Positions 19,111 to 28,315 of a DNA stretch of 64,000 nt are shown piece after piece. How positions within the stretch are numbered: the stretch's first letter is position 1; the number at the start of each line of letters is the position of its first letter. Source of the DNA: an uncultured Chthoniobacter sp. (GTDB lineage Bacteria; Verrucomicrobiota; Verrucomicrobiia; Chthoniobacterales; Terrimicrobiaceae); the NCBI GenBank assembly GCA_964600115.1, contig CAZRIL010000001.1, positions 42,810 through 106,809 of the forward strand, written 5' to 3'. Made by a program: the position numbers and the translations under genes. A model generated the notes under the pieces. The model worked only from the letters and a program-made list of their open reading frames with translations. It searched no databases and had not been told where the DNA came from.

Positions 19111-22100
19111 ATGTCGCATCTCCGAAGAATCCTCTCCACCCCGGCTCCTTTCGGAGCGTTGAACCTGCTGGCGGTAACGGCTCTGGTCATTGCCGGAACT
19201 GTGACCCCGGCCTTCTGCGCGGACGCACCGCCCGCATCCGAGCGCCTGCTCCACGCCATGGACTCGACCGGGGGTCTCGGCGCCGGCGGGTGGCGGCTCG
19301 ACAAAACCATCGTCGGGATGAGCCCTGCCGGAATCGAGCCCAAGCTCGGCTCTGGATCGGTGCGGTTCAGCGGCGTGGCAACGATCCCCGGCGCAAAAGG
19401 CGACTTTCATCTGGTCGACAAACTTCCGGAATTCGAGAAACTTTCGGTGTGGGTTTACCTTTCCGAAGACTCGAACGTCAGCGAGGTCGGGCTGCAGGTT
19501 TGGGATGCGAACGGAGAGGGGCTCACAGAGAAGTTTCCGGCCGACTGGCACGGATGGAAGCAAATCGAGCTCAACGCGGAAAGCCCGGGGATCATCCAAT
19601 CCTGGAAACAGCCCGAGCAGGATGGCAAGCTGGACCAGCCGATCCGGATGCTCAACCTCGCATGGTTTGCCAAGGACGCCGGGCCGACACACATCGACGT
19701 GGACGGGCTGACCGGGACGTTCAAGGCCTCCGGGGCTTCCGCTCCGCCCATCGAGCTCAAGATCGAGCTCCCTCAGTCTGCGCAAAGCAATCAGCCGCTG
19801 GGCGGCTCGATCATCGTGCACAACGCGACCGGCAAGCCCCAGCAAGTGACGGCCGATTATACGCTGATCTCGAATCCGCAGCTCACGGACGTCCTGGCCC
19901 CGGATGCCGTCCACGGCTTGGACATCGCGCGCGGTGCAAAGGTGTGGACTATCACGGGCGAGGGAGAAGAGCCGGACACGACGCTCACTGACGGGCTCGT
20001 CTTCACGAACAAGGAATTTCCGTGGGACAAGGGATACGGCGAGGTGTCGCAGCGCATCGATCTGGGGGCCGCGCACAAGATCACGAAACTCGCGATCTTT
20101 CCGACCGATGCTAACTGGCTTTGGAACGCCGAAGTCTCGGCCTCGCTCGACGGCAAAACCTATCAGGTTGTGCCCGGCCTGGAAAAACTCGACCTCAACA
20201 AAAAGTGGACCGGAATCGAGGCAATTCCGACCGCGCCGGTCGAGGCCCGGTTCCTTCGATTCCGCTATTTCAATGACGGCGAAGCTCCGAAGCGGATCAG
20301 CCTGCCAAACGAGATCCGGGTTTACGACGGCATGGATGCCGCAGACCGGGTGGCCCCGGAGCTGGGCGGTGTGGCGGCCAAAGGGAAGCTCTCGTTCGAG
20401 GTTCCGGCCGGCAGCTTTGCTGTCCAGCCCCTCAAGGAGATCGTGCTTCCCGGCGAGGGCGCATACCTCCTCCGCGTAGAGACAAAGGCAGGCGATTTCT
20501 CAGACATCGCGCAAGCCACGCTCATCTCGTCACCTGCCGCGAACAAACCCGTCGACGCCGCCACATCCCGGTTCGGGATCAATGCTGCCAGCTTGAACCT
20601 CACCGACGACTGGGGCCCCTACGGGTTCGGTTGGGTGCGTTTTGAAAACATGAAATGGTTGATGTTTTCGCCGGCACGCGGCGAGTTTCGTTTTGACGGG
20701 TCGGTTGCTCCGTGGATGGTCCGTTTCGACGAGATCATGAAGCGCTACAACGATTGCGGGATGAAGGTGCTCCCCTACCTGTTCATGGTCCCCGAATATT
20801 CCTCGTCGGCCGGCCCGGAGGTGGACAAAAAGAACAGCGCCGCACATCCGCCGAAAGACCCCGCCGACTACGCCGAGGCCGTTTTCCAGGTCGTCGCGCG
20901 CTACGGGTCGAACAAGGTGCCGGCCGACAAACTGAAGACGCCGGACAAGATCACCGGGCTGAACCAGCTCGGCGCTGTCGAGATCTGGAACGAGCCGAAC
21001 CTTAATCCGAACCCCAATGCCACCTACGGCGCATGGGCCGCTCCGCTCGACCAGTTCTGGCCGGTGTTCCGAGCCGGGTCCGAAGGGGCAAAAGCCGCCG
21101 ATCCCAAGACCCCTGTCACGAGCCCCGGCATGGCCGGGCTGACGCTCGAAGTCCTGGAACCGCTGCGCCAGTTCCATTACCCGGACGGCAAAACTCCGGT
21201 GGATTTTTTTGACATCCTGAATGTCCACTACTACAGCGGCCGACAGGCGCCGGAGATTGCAACGAGGGACGGCAATGTCGTGCGGCAGGGAAGCGAGCAG
21301 TCTTCCATCACCTACCCGGAGAATCTGCGCGAGCTGATCGAATGGCGCGACATGTATGCCCCCGGAAAACCGATCTGGCTGACCGAAACCGGCTACGACA
21401 GCGCGGGGCCTTTCGGCACGAACGAAAGATACCAGGCGGCAAGGATTCCGCGTGTGATGCTTCTCGCGCTGGCTGCGGGAGTGGATAAAGTGTTCCTCTA
21501 CCGCGAGTCGGGCTCGACCCCGTCGATGCACGCTGCGGCGGGGCTTGTCCGCGACGACTCCTCGAGAAAGCCTTCGTATTTCACGGTGGCCACAATGCTG
21601 CGCGAGCTCGCTGGCATGTCGCAGGGCGGGACGCCAAGGCTCTCCGATCCGGATCCGAACATCTGGCTCTACGCGTGGGAAACTCCGAAGGGAACTGTGC
21701 TCGTTGCATGGACCGTGGACGGCGAGGCCAAACTTAATCTGGGTTCCGGGGAATGCGAGGTGGTGGATTCTTTCGGCGGACGCAAGAAGCTAAAAGGCGA
21801 CTCGATCGCCGTAGGGGAGTATCCGGTTTACATTCACGGGGCCGCTGACTGGCCCGAGGTCCGCAAGCGTGCAGATGCCGCGAAGCAGGCCGCGGAAAAG
21901 CTGGCTGCCGACAAGAAGAAACTGGCATCGACGCGCACGCTGATTTTTGATTTCGGCTCGCCCGACCAGCTTGTCGGTCTTCTCCGCGGCTACGGGCCGC
22001 CCAGAGCTTTCACTCCGGTCACCGGAGATGACTCTTACTCCCCTTCGACTGGATACGGTTTCGAAAAGGTCCCTGTCGTCACAAACAACAAGAAATGGAT

Positions 22101-22398
22101 GAAGGATGCGCTCGAGCGCGATTCCTGCCGCGTGAGAAAAGACAGCCCGTTCATCTTCGACGCGCCGCCCGGGAAATACGCACTCACGCTTTCCGCCAGC
22201 GGGGTCGGGGGGCCGGGCACGCTCGCGATCGAGGGCGCGACCAAGGCTGACGGATCGCCGGTCCAATTTGAGTTCGACGACAAAACGCCAACGCAAACAG
22301 CGGAGATCATTGTCACGTCACCGCAACTGCGCCTGACCACGGACAAATACGCCGACGTGCGCTGGATGTCACTCGTCGAAATCTCCGGCAAACCGTAG
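19111..22398 (+). CDS. Large secreted multidomain glycoside hydrolase, clan GH-A (GH39/GH5-like catalytic core) with CBM-like and discoidin-like modules
   Basis: Signal peptide after MSHLRRIL. Acid/base motif VEIWNEPNL and nucleophile motif IWLTETGYDS. An F5/8-type-C-like stretch lies around ...EARFLRFRYFNDG. Family number not determined. Confidence 0.7.
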   Translation: MSHLRRILSTPAPFGALNLLAVTALVIAGTVTPAFCADAPPASERLLHAMDSTGGLGAGGWRLDKTIVGMSPAGIEPKLGSGSVRFSGVATIPGAKGDFHLVDKLPEFEKLSVWVYLSEDSNVSEVGLQVWDANGEGLTEKFPADWHGWKQIELNAESPGIIQSWKQPEQDGKLDQPIRMLNLAWFAKDAGPTHIDVDGLTGTFKASGASAPPIELKIELPQSAQSNQPLGGSIIVHNATGKPQQVTADYTLISNPQLTDVLAPDAVHGLDIARGAKVWTITGEGEEPDTTLTDGLVFTNKEFPWDKGYGEVSQRIDLGAAHKITKLAIFPTDANWLWNAEVSASLDGKTYQVVPGLEKLDLNKKWTGIEAIPTAPVEARFLRFRYFNDGEAPKRISLPNEIRVYDGMDAADRVAPELGGVAAKGKLSFEVPAGSFAVQPLKEIVLPGEGAYLLRVETKAGDFSDIAQATLISSPAANKPVDAATSRFGINAASLNLTDDWGPYGFGWVRFENMKWLMFSPARGEFRFDGSVAPWMVRFDEIMKRYNDCGMKVLPYLFMVPEYSSSAGPEVDKKNSAAHPPKDPADYAEAVFQVVARYGSNKVPADKLKTPDKITGLNQLGAVEIWNEPNLNPNPNATYGAWAAPLDQFWPVFRAGSEGAKAADPKTPVTSPGMAGLTLEVLEPLRQFHYPDGKTPVDFFDILNVHYYSGRQAPEIATRDGNVVRQGSEQSSITYPENLRELIEWRDMYAPGKPIWLTETGYDSAGPFGTNERYQAARIPRVMLLALAAGVDKVFLYRESGSTPSMHAAAGLVRDDSSRKPSYFTVATMLRELAGMSQGGTPRLSDPDPNIWLYAWETPKGTVLVAWTVDGEAKLNLGSGECEVVDSFGGRKKLKGDSIAVGEYPVYIHGAADWPEVRKRADAAKQAAEKLAADKKKLASTRTLIFDFGSPDQLVGLLRGYGPPRAFTPVTGDDSYSPSTGYGFEKVPVVTNNKKWMKDALERDSCRVRKDSPFIFDAPPGKYALTLSASGVGGPGTLAIEGATKADGSPVQFEFDDKTPTQTAEIIVTSPQLRLTTDKYADVRWMSLVEISGKP

Positions 22399-22495
22399 CC
22401 ACCCCATTGAAGGCCGCGATGCCGACCGGACAATATTGCAGGGATCTCATTGCGATTGCCGCTGACCGGGCGGAGTGCCGGGTTTGGGTCCTGCC

Positions 22496-24907
22496 ATGAA
22501 AACCACGATAAGCTATCTGCCCTTTGAGGGCAGCAACCCGGTCACCCACTGGGATCGCGGCAGCTGGCCGTGCCGATGGATCAGCCACCCGGACGCGCCG
22601 CAGCCGCCGATTGTCACGGCCTATAAGCGGGAGTTCAGCCAATCCGAAGACGCGGTGGCCCGCGTCCATGTCAGCGCTGACGAGCGCTACGAGCTGTTTC
22701 TCGACGGCAGGCGCATCGGGCGCGGGCCCGAAAGGGGAGCCCCTCACTGGTGGTATTTTGAAACGTATGACCTGACGCTCGACAAGGGCGAGCAGTCCCT
22801 CGTCGCCCGCGTTTGGTCGCTGGGCGGGGCGATGGCTCCCACCGCCCAGATGAGTGTGAGCCCGGGATTTCTTCTGGCTCCCGAAGGCGGGGAGTTCCTG
22901 AACATCCTCGGCACGGGCATCGCCTTCTGGGAAGTCATGCTGTTCGACGGATTTGCCTACACGCCGGGAATTTCAAGTTTTGGAGTCGGCTACAATGTGG
23001 ATATTGACGGCAGCCGTTTTCCATGGGGTTGGGAACGGGGAGATGGCCCCGGCTGGGTGCCTGCGAAGGCAGGAGAAACGGCCAAAAGCGGATACTGCGC
23101 CAACCTTTGCAAGGATTCCCACCTGCTGTATCCGGCCACCCTTCCGGCAATGCTCGACATTCCCCGCCACATCGGTGCTGTCCGCCATGCGCGCTATGTC
23201 ACGGGCCCTGAAACCAGGTCCCTTCAGGTACTTGGCGCCCAAAGCGACGGTGAAATCGCGGACCGTTGGCAAAGCCTTCTCGGGGGGCAGGCCCCGCTGG
23301 ACATTCCGCCCGGCACGAGCGTTCGGGTGATTGTTGATCTGGAGAACTATTACTGCGCCTACCCGCGAATCACCACCAGCGGGGGTAAGGGCTCGCTCGT
23401 CCGGCTGCATTGGGCCGAGGCACTTTTCAACGCCCCGGACGCAAAGAGCGATTACCGCAGGCACAGCGACAGCAAGGGCAACCGCAACGAGGTCGAGGGG
23501 AAATATTTCATCGGGGCCGGTGACATTTTCCGTCCTGATGGCGGACCCAAGCGGGAGTTTCAGCCGCTGTGGTGGATGTCGGGAAGATACTTGGAGATCT
23601 TTATCCAGACCAAGGATGACGCCCTGAGAATCGAAGGTCTGGTGTTTTTTGAAACCCGCTATCCGCTGGAGATGAGAAGCAGCTTCCAATTTGAAAAAGC
23701 GGAATTGTCGGACTGCCTTCCGATCATGGTCCGGGCGATGCAGATGTGTGCGCACGAGACCTATTTCGACTGCCCCTACTACGAGCAGCTGATGTATGTC
23801 GGAGACACGAGGCTTGAGGTGCTGAGCCACTACGCGATGCAGAACGACTCCCGCCTGCCCCGCAAGGCGGTCCATCTCTTTGATATCTCGCGTGTCCCGA
23901 AAGGGCTGACCCTGTGCCGCTATCCCAGCGACAACCTTTCGTTCATCCCCCCGTTTTCGCTTTGGTGGGTGGCCATGGTCCACGATCTCGCGCTGTGGCG
24001 CGGCGAAAGGGATCAGGTGCAAAGGACCATGCCTTCCTGTCGGTCGGTGCTGGATCTTTTTCTAGGACACATCAATGACGACGGGGTTCTGCAGGCTCCC
24101 GAAGGGTGGAATTTTATGGACTGGGTGCAGACCTGGTCGTGGGGATGCCCGCCCGATGGCGAGTGCAGCGTCAACAGCGTCCAGGGCTGGCAGCTCGCGC
24201 ATGTCCTCGAACTGGCCGCCCGTGTGGAGGATTGGCTTGGGGAGCCGGAATTGGCGGGACGCTGGCGGAAGCACGCGCGGGCACTCGCCGCAAATCTCAC
24301 GAAAGTATTCTGGGACGAGAAGCGCGGTCTGTTCGCCGACAACCCGTCGAAGACCCGGTGGTCCGAGCACGCCCAGTGCCTAGCCATCCTGAGCGGACAA
24401 CTTGATGCCCCGGTTGCCGGGCGCGTGATGGAGGCGATGACCGGGGCCGGCGATTTGGAGAAAACCACGATCTACTTCGCCCATTACTACTTTGAAGCCT
24501 GCTGCATGCTGGGCAGCGCAGACGCGATGATGGCCCGCCTCGGGCTCTGGTTCGATCTGGAAAAGCGCGGGTTCAAGACGACGTTCGAGAAGCCCGGGGA
24601 TTCGCGCTCCGACTGCCATGCGTGGGGCGCTCACCCGATCTACCACTACTACGCCTCGATCCTCGGAGTCCGTCCGGCGCGGATGGGGTTTGAGTCCGTC
24701 GGGATCCGCCCCATGCTCGGCCGGATGAAGTCCGCATCGGGAAAGCTTGTCCACCCGAAGGGTTTCATCGAGGTCAGCTACAAGCAGACGCCGGAAGCCT
24801 TGGAGGCATCCATCACACTGCCCGGCGGCCTTTCCGGCACTCTGGCCCATGGCGGCGCTGAGACCGCTCTCGTCCCCGGGCAAAACCGGCTAATCCTGCC
24901 AAGTTAG
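22496..24907 (+). CDS. Alpha-L-rhamnosidase-like six-hairpin glycosidase (GH78-type)
   Basis: ETYFDCPYYEQLMYVGDTR and HAWGAHPIYHYYASILGVRP resemble the GH78 (alpha/alpha)6 catalytic domain. No signal peptide seen. Confidence 0.6.
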   Translation: MKTTISYLPFEGSNPVTHWDRGSWPCRWISHPDAPQPPIVTAYKREFSQSEDAVARVHVSADERYELFLDGRRIGRGPERGAPHWWYFETYDLTLDKGEQSLVARVWSLGGAMAPTAQMSVSPGFLLAPEGGEFLNILGTGIAFWEVMLFDGFAYTPGISSFGVGYNVDIDGSRFPWGWERGDGPGWVPAKAGETAKSGYCANLCKDSHLLYPATLPAMLDIPRHIGAVRHARYVTGPETRSLQVLGAQSDGEIADRWQSLLGGQAPLDIPPGTSVRVIVDLENYYCAYPRITTSGGKGSLVRLHWAEALFNAPDAKSDYRRHSDSKGNRNEVEGKYFIGAGDIFRPDGGPKREFQPLWWMSGRYLEIFIQTKDDALRIEGLVFFETRYPLEMRSSFQFEKAELSDCLPIMVRAMQMCAHETYFDCPYYEQLMYVGDTRLEVLSHYAMQNDSRLPRKAVHLFDISRVPKGLTLCRYPSDNLSFIPPFSLWWVAMVHDLALWRGERDQVQRTMPSCRSVLDLFLGHINDDGVLQAPEGWNFMDWVQTWSWGCPPDGECSVNSVQGWQLAHVLELAARVEDWLGEPELAGRWRKHARALAANLTKVFWDEKRGLFADNPSKTRWSEHAQCLAILSGQLDAPVAGRVMEAMTGAGDLEKTTIYFAHYYFEACCMLGSADAMMARLGLWFDLEKRGFKTTFEKPGDSRSDCHAWGAHPIYHYYASILGVRPARMGFESVGIRPMLGRMKSASGKLVHPKGFIEVSYKQTPEALEASITLPGGLSGTLAHGGAETALVPGQNRLILPS

Positions 24908-24914
24908 GAATCCC

Positions 24915-25955
24915 GTGAACACGCTAACCGAGAAATTGGCACTTCATCGGGCTTTTGTCGCGGGCGGACTTCCACGCCCATTGTTGCGGCTGTTTCCACC
25001 ATCGGGCGAGCCTTCCCGCTTCCCGAACTGCGACAACGGCCTGAGCGTGGAAGACGTGGTCGCCAAATGCCGCCAGCTGGCGGCGCCCGCGGTTGACGAC
25101 GACTTCTTTCCGGTCGCAAGAGTGTATTTCGGCACCGCCATGATACCCGCGCTTGCAGGGGGGGATTTTTCCTGCGACGGGGAGACCACATGGGCCCACC
25201 CGATTGCCGGGTCTGCCGCCGACCTGAGGATCCCGCCCCTCGACGAGGATCTGCCGATCTGGCGTGACTACTTGAAGAAACTGCGGGCTCTCCGCGATGC
25301 CGCAGTCCCCGGCGTGATGCTCGGGCTCCCAGACTTGATCGGGCCGCTGGACATCGCGTCAGCATTGCTCGGCCCCGAGCAACTGGCGGTCGATATGATG
25401 CTCGAACCCGAGGCCGTGGCAGCGGTGCTGGCACAATGCGCGGAACTCTGGAAGCAGGTCTTCGATGTCCAGGTCAGGGAGCTGGGCCTCGTCGAAGGCG
25501 GCATGGTGACAGTTTTCTGCAACTTCATGCCCGGGCGCTCCGCGCTCTGGAGCGAAGATTTTTCCGCCCTCATCGGTCCGGAGACCTACAGGAAATTCGG
25601 CCTTGCGCTCGACGGGGTTCTGGCGGGCCACCTCGACTCGTCGATTATCCATGTCCACTCGGCGGCAGGCCGCTGCCTGCCGGACATCAAAAATATCAAC
25701 GGCCTGTCGGTCGTTGAGATCTCCAACGACCCGAGCGGTCCCCCGCTAACAAGCATTCTCGGATGGGCGGAGGAAATTCAAGCGGCGGGAAAATCCGTCA
25801 TGCTCAGCAACTGGGAGCATCCGCTGAGCGACGATGAGGTGGACGAAATTCTCAACAGGCTCGATCACCGCCGCCTGCTGGTGACCCTGCAATGCACAAG
25901 CGACAGCCAGGCCGCGGCTTATCGGCGGAAATTTATCAAACTGGAAAAATCATGA
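24915..25955 (+). CDS. Hypothetical protein, weakly uroporphyrinogen-decarboxylase (URO-D)-like
   Basis: GTG start 8 nt after the upstream stop, and ATGA overlap with the downstream gene. The central GPLDIASALLGPEQLAVDMMLEPEAV block resembles URO-D/MtaA family proteins. Weak call. Confidence 0.5.
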   Translation: MNTLTEKLALHRAFVAGGLPRPLLRLFPPSGEPSRFPNCDNGLSVEDVVAKCRQLAAPAVDDDFFPVARVYFGTAMIPALAGGDFSCDGETTWAHPIAGSAADLRIPPLDEDLPIWRDYLKKLRALRDAAVPGVMLGLPDLIGPLDIASALLGPEQLAVDMMLEPEAVAAVLAQCAELWKQVFDVQVRELGLVEGGMVTVFCNFMPGRSALWSEDFSALIGPETYRKFGLALDGVLAGHLDSSIIHVHSAAGRCLPDIKNINGLSVVEISNDPSGPPLTSILGWAEEIQAAGKSVMLSNWEHPLSDDEVDEILNRLDHRRLLVTLQCTSDSQAAAYRRKFIKLEKS

Positions 25956-28315
25956 AACGGATACCTGGAACAGTGGCACAAAAAGCGACAACTCATCCGG
26001 GCGAGTTATCGATCAGAAAGTTCGGACACTTCGACGACAAGGCTAACGAGTTTGTCATCACGACTCCCAAGACCCCCCGCCCGTGGGAAAACCGGCTCTG
26101 GAACGACCAGCTCAACATACAGATTTCGAACCACGGCACCGGGATCAGCTACAAACGCGACAACAAGGGGCGCTTCGTCATTTTCAACTACAAATGCCCG
26201 AACCGCTTCATCTATGTTTATGACCGGAAGGAGAAGGACCTCTGGTGCCCGAACTGGTTTCCGGTTGGCGGCAAGCTGGATTCCTACGAGGTGCGCCACG
26301 GGCTGAAATACACCACCTTCAAAGCGGAAAAACATGGCGTCGAAGTGACGTGGCGCGTAACCGTTCACCATTCGGACGCCGCGGAGCTGTGGAGGATCGA
26401 GGTGCGCAACAAGAGCGGAAAATCCAAGGATCTTCTCATCGTCCCCTTCTACCAGGTGGATCTCAGCCTGACCGACCCCTACTTCGGTCACGTGAACCGG
26501 CACGTCTCGTTTGTCTCGCCGAAAGCCAACTGCATCTACGTCAAGAACAGCGCGTTCGTGCGCAAGGCCGAGGATGATGCGCTCTGCTTTCATGCCGACC
26601 GGAAGTTCACAAAGTTCGAGATGAATATGGAGAGCTTCCTCAAAGGGTTCTCCTCACTGGCCGCCCCGGAAACCATCATCAAGGACAAATGGGCCAACTC
26701 GTTCATCGACGATGACGTCCAGCCCTGTCTCGCCGCCGGATTCGATCTCGGGCTCAAGAAGGGGAAAGCCGACACCATCAACATCGGGATCTTCACCGCG
26801 GACAACATCAAGCACGCGGAAAAGCTGGCAGCCGGCTACGACAGGGAGAACGCCTTCGACGCATCCATCGCCAAACATGCGGAGGACGCAGCGCGGATTC
26901 TGTCCATCAACAACATCAAAACAGCGGACCCATCATTCGACCGCTATGTGAATGTCTGGATCAAGCACCAGCTCTGGCACAACGCGGAGTGGAACCGCGG
27001 CTGGGGTCAGGGGTTCCGCGATGCCATGTCCGACTGCGATATGTTCCGCGCGTTCGATCCTGCTCGTGTCCGCAGTCGCATCCTGCAGGCGGCCGCGCAC
27101 ATCTATGCCGACGGCCACACTGTTCGCTCGTTTTTTCCGGCCGTCGAAAAGCCGTATTTCGACGGCGGCGTCTGGTTCCAGAACGCGGTCTGCCAATACA
27201 TCCGCGAGACCGGGGACATGTCGTTGCTCGACGAGCGGGCTCCTTATTTCAAGAGCGATGAGACCGGGACAATCCTCGGCCACCTGAAGCGGACTGTCGA
27301 GTTCCTCGACAAGCAGCGAGGGCCGGACAACATCTGCCGGATGGGGTTCGGCGACTGGAACGATGCGGTCGGAGGCATCGATCGCGAGGGCAAAGGCCAG
27401 TCGATCTGGATCACCATGGCCTACATCTTCGGGCTGCGGAATTCATCGCAACTGCTGCGCGCCCTGGGCGATCCCGACGCGGGAGTTTACGAAGAGCGCG
27501 CGGAGCAACTGACCGGCATCCTGAACAATAAGTTCTTCGAAGGTGACCGGTATATCCGCGCCGTCACCGATGCCGGTCGCCTCGTCGGCTCCAAGAAAAA
27601 CAAGGAAGGAAAAATGTGGATCGAGCCGCAGGGATGGTCGCTCTTTGCCGGCGTGGCCGATCACAAAAAGGCGGTGAAAATCGTGAAGGCGATGCGGAGG
27701 GAGCTCTATGTGCCGTATGGCGTGATGCTGCTCTCGCCGCCGTTCACCAAATACCAGGAGGACGTGGGACGGATCTCCAATGATATGCCGGGTATCGTCG
27801 AAAACGGCTCGAACTACGTACAAGGAATGCTGTTCTACACCTACGGTCTGACCCAGGCTGATATGCCGGACGAGTCATTCGACCTGCTCTGCCGGGTTCT
27901 GCCGACCAACCCCGCCAACCCGCCGGAGAAGTCCCGGATCGAGCCGTTCCAAATCACGAACTCGTTTCAGGGACCCGCATCGAAGCATCCCGGACGCGCG
28001 ATGTATGCCTGGCGGACCGGTTCGGCCGGCTGGTTCCTCAAAACCATATGGGACGGACTCGTAGGTATCGTCCCCGACTTTGATGGCGTCAGGATCAACG
28101 CCCGCATTCCGACAATGTTGGGAGACCGGATCGGGGTCACCCGGATGATTCGCGGCAGACAGGTGAGCTTCGAGATCGCCAGGCGCGGCCGCGAGAGCAA
28201 AAGCAGCGCCTTCACCCTGCGCATCAAAAACGGCGATAACATCCGCTATCAGGACATCGGCGACAACGCGCATATTCTCATCACGGTGCAGCCTCCATCC
28301 CGGAGTTCCGAATGA
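25952..28315 (+). CDS. GH94-like glycoside phosphorylase (cellobiose/chitobiose phosphorylase-type), copy 1
   Basis: N-terminus FGHFDDKANEFVITTPKTPRPWENRLWND and catalytic-region FGDWNDAVGG are typical of GH94-type (alpha/alpha)6 phosphorylases. No signal peptide. Confidence 0.75.
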   Translation: MKRIPGTVAQKATTHPGELSIRKFGHFDDKANEFVITTPKTPRPWENRLWNDQLNIQISNHGTGISYKRDNKGRFVIFNYKCPNRFIYVYDRKEKDLWCPNWFPVGGKLDSYEVRHGLKYTTFKAEKHGVEVTWRVTVHHSDAAELWRIEVRNKSGKSKDLLIVPFYQVDLSLTDPYFGHVNRHVSFVSPKANCIYVKNSAFVRKAEDDALCFHADRKFTKFEMNMESFLKGFSSLAAPETIIKDKWANSFIDDDVQPCLAAGFDLGLKKGKADTINIGIFTADNIKHAEKLAAGYDRENAFDASIAKHAEDAARILSINNIKTADPSFDRYVNVWIKHQLWHNAEWNRGWGQGFRDAMSDCDMFRAFDPARVRSRILQAAAHIYADGHTVRSFFPAVEKPYFDGGVWFQNAVCQYIRETGDMSLLDERAPYFKSDETGTILGHLKRTVEFLDKQRGPDNICRMGFGDWNDAVGGIDREGKGQSIWITMAYIFGLRNSSQLLRALGDPDAGVYEERAEQLTGILNNKFFEGDRYIRAVTDAGRLVGSKKNKEGKMWIEPQGWSLFAGVADHKKAVKIVKAMRRELYVPYGVMLLSPPFTKYQEDVGRISNDMPGIVENGSNYVQGMLFYTYGLTQADMPDESFDLLCRVLPTNPANPPEKSRIEPFQITNSFQGPASKHPGRAMYAWRTGSAGWFLKTIWDGLVGIVPDFDGVRINARIPTMLGDRIGVTRMIRGRQVSFEIARRGRESKSSAFTLRIKNGDNIRYQDIGDNAHILITVQPPSRSSE

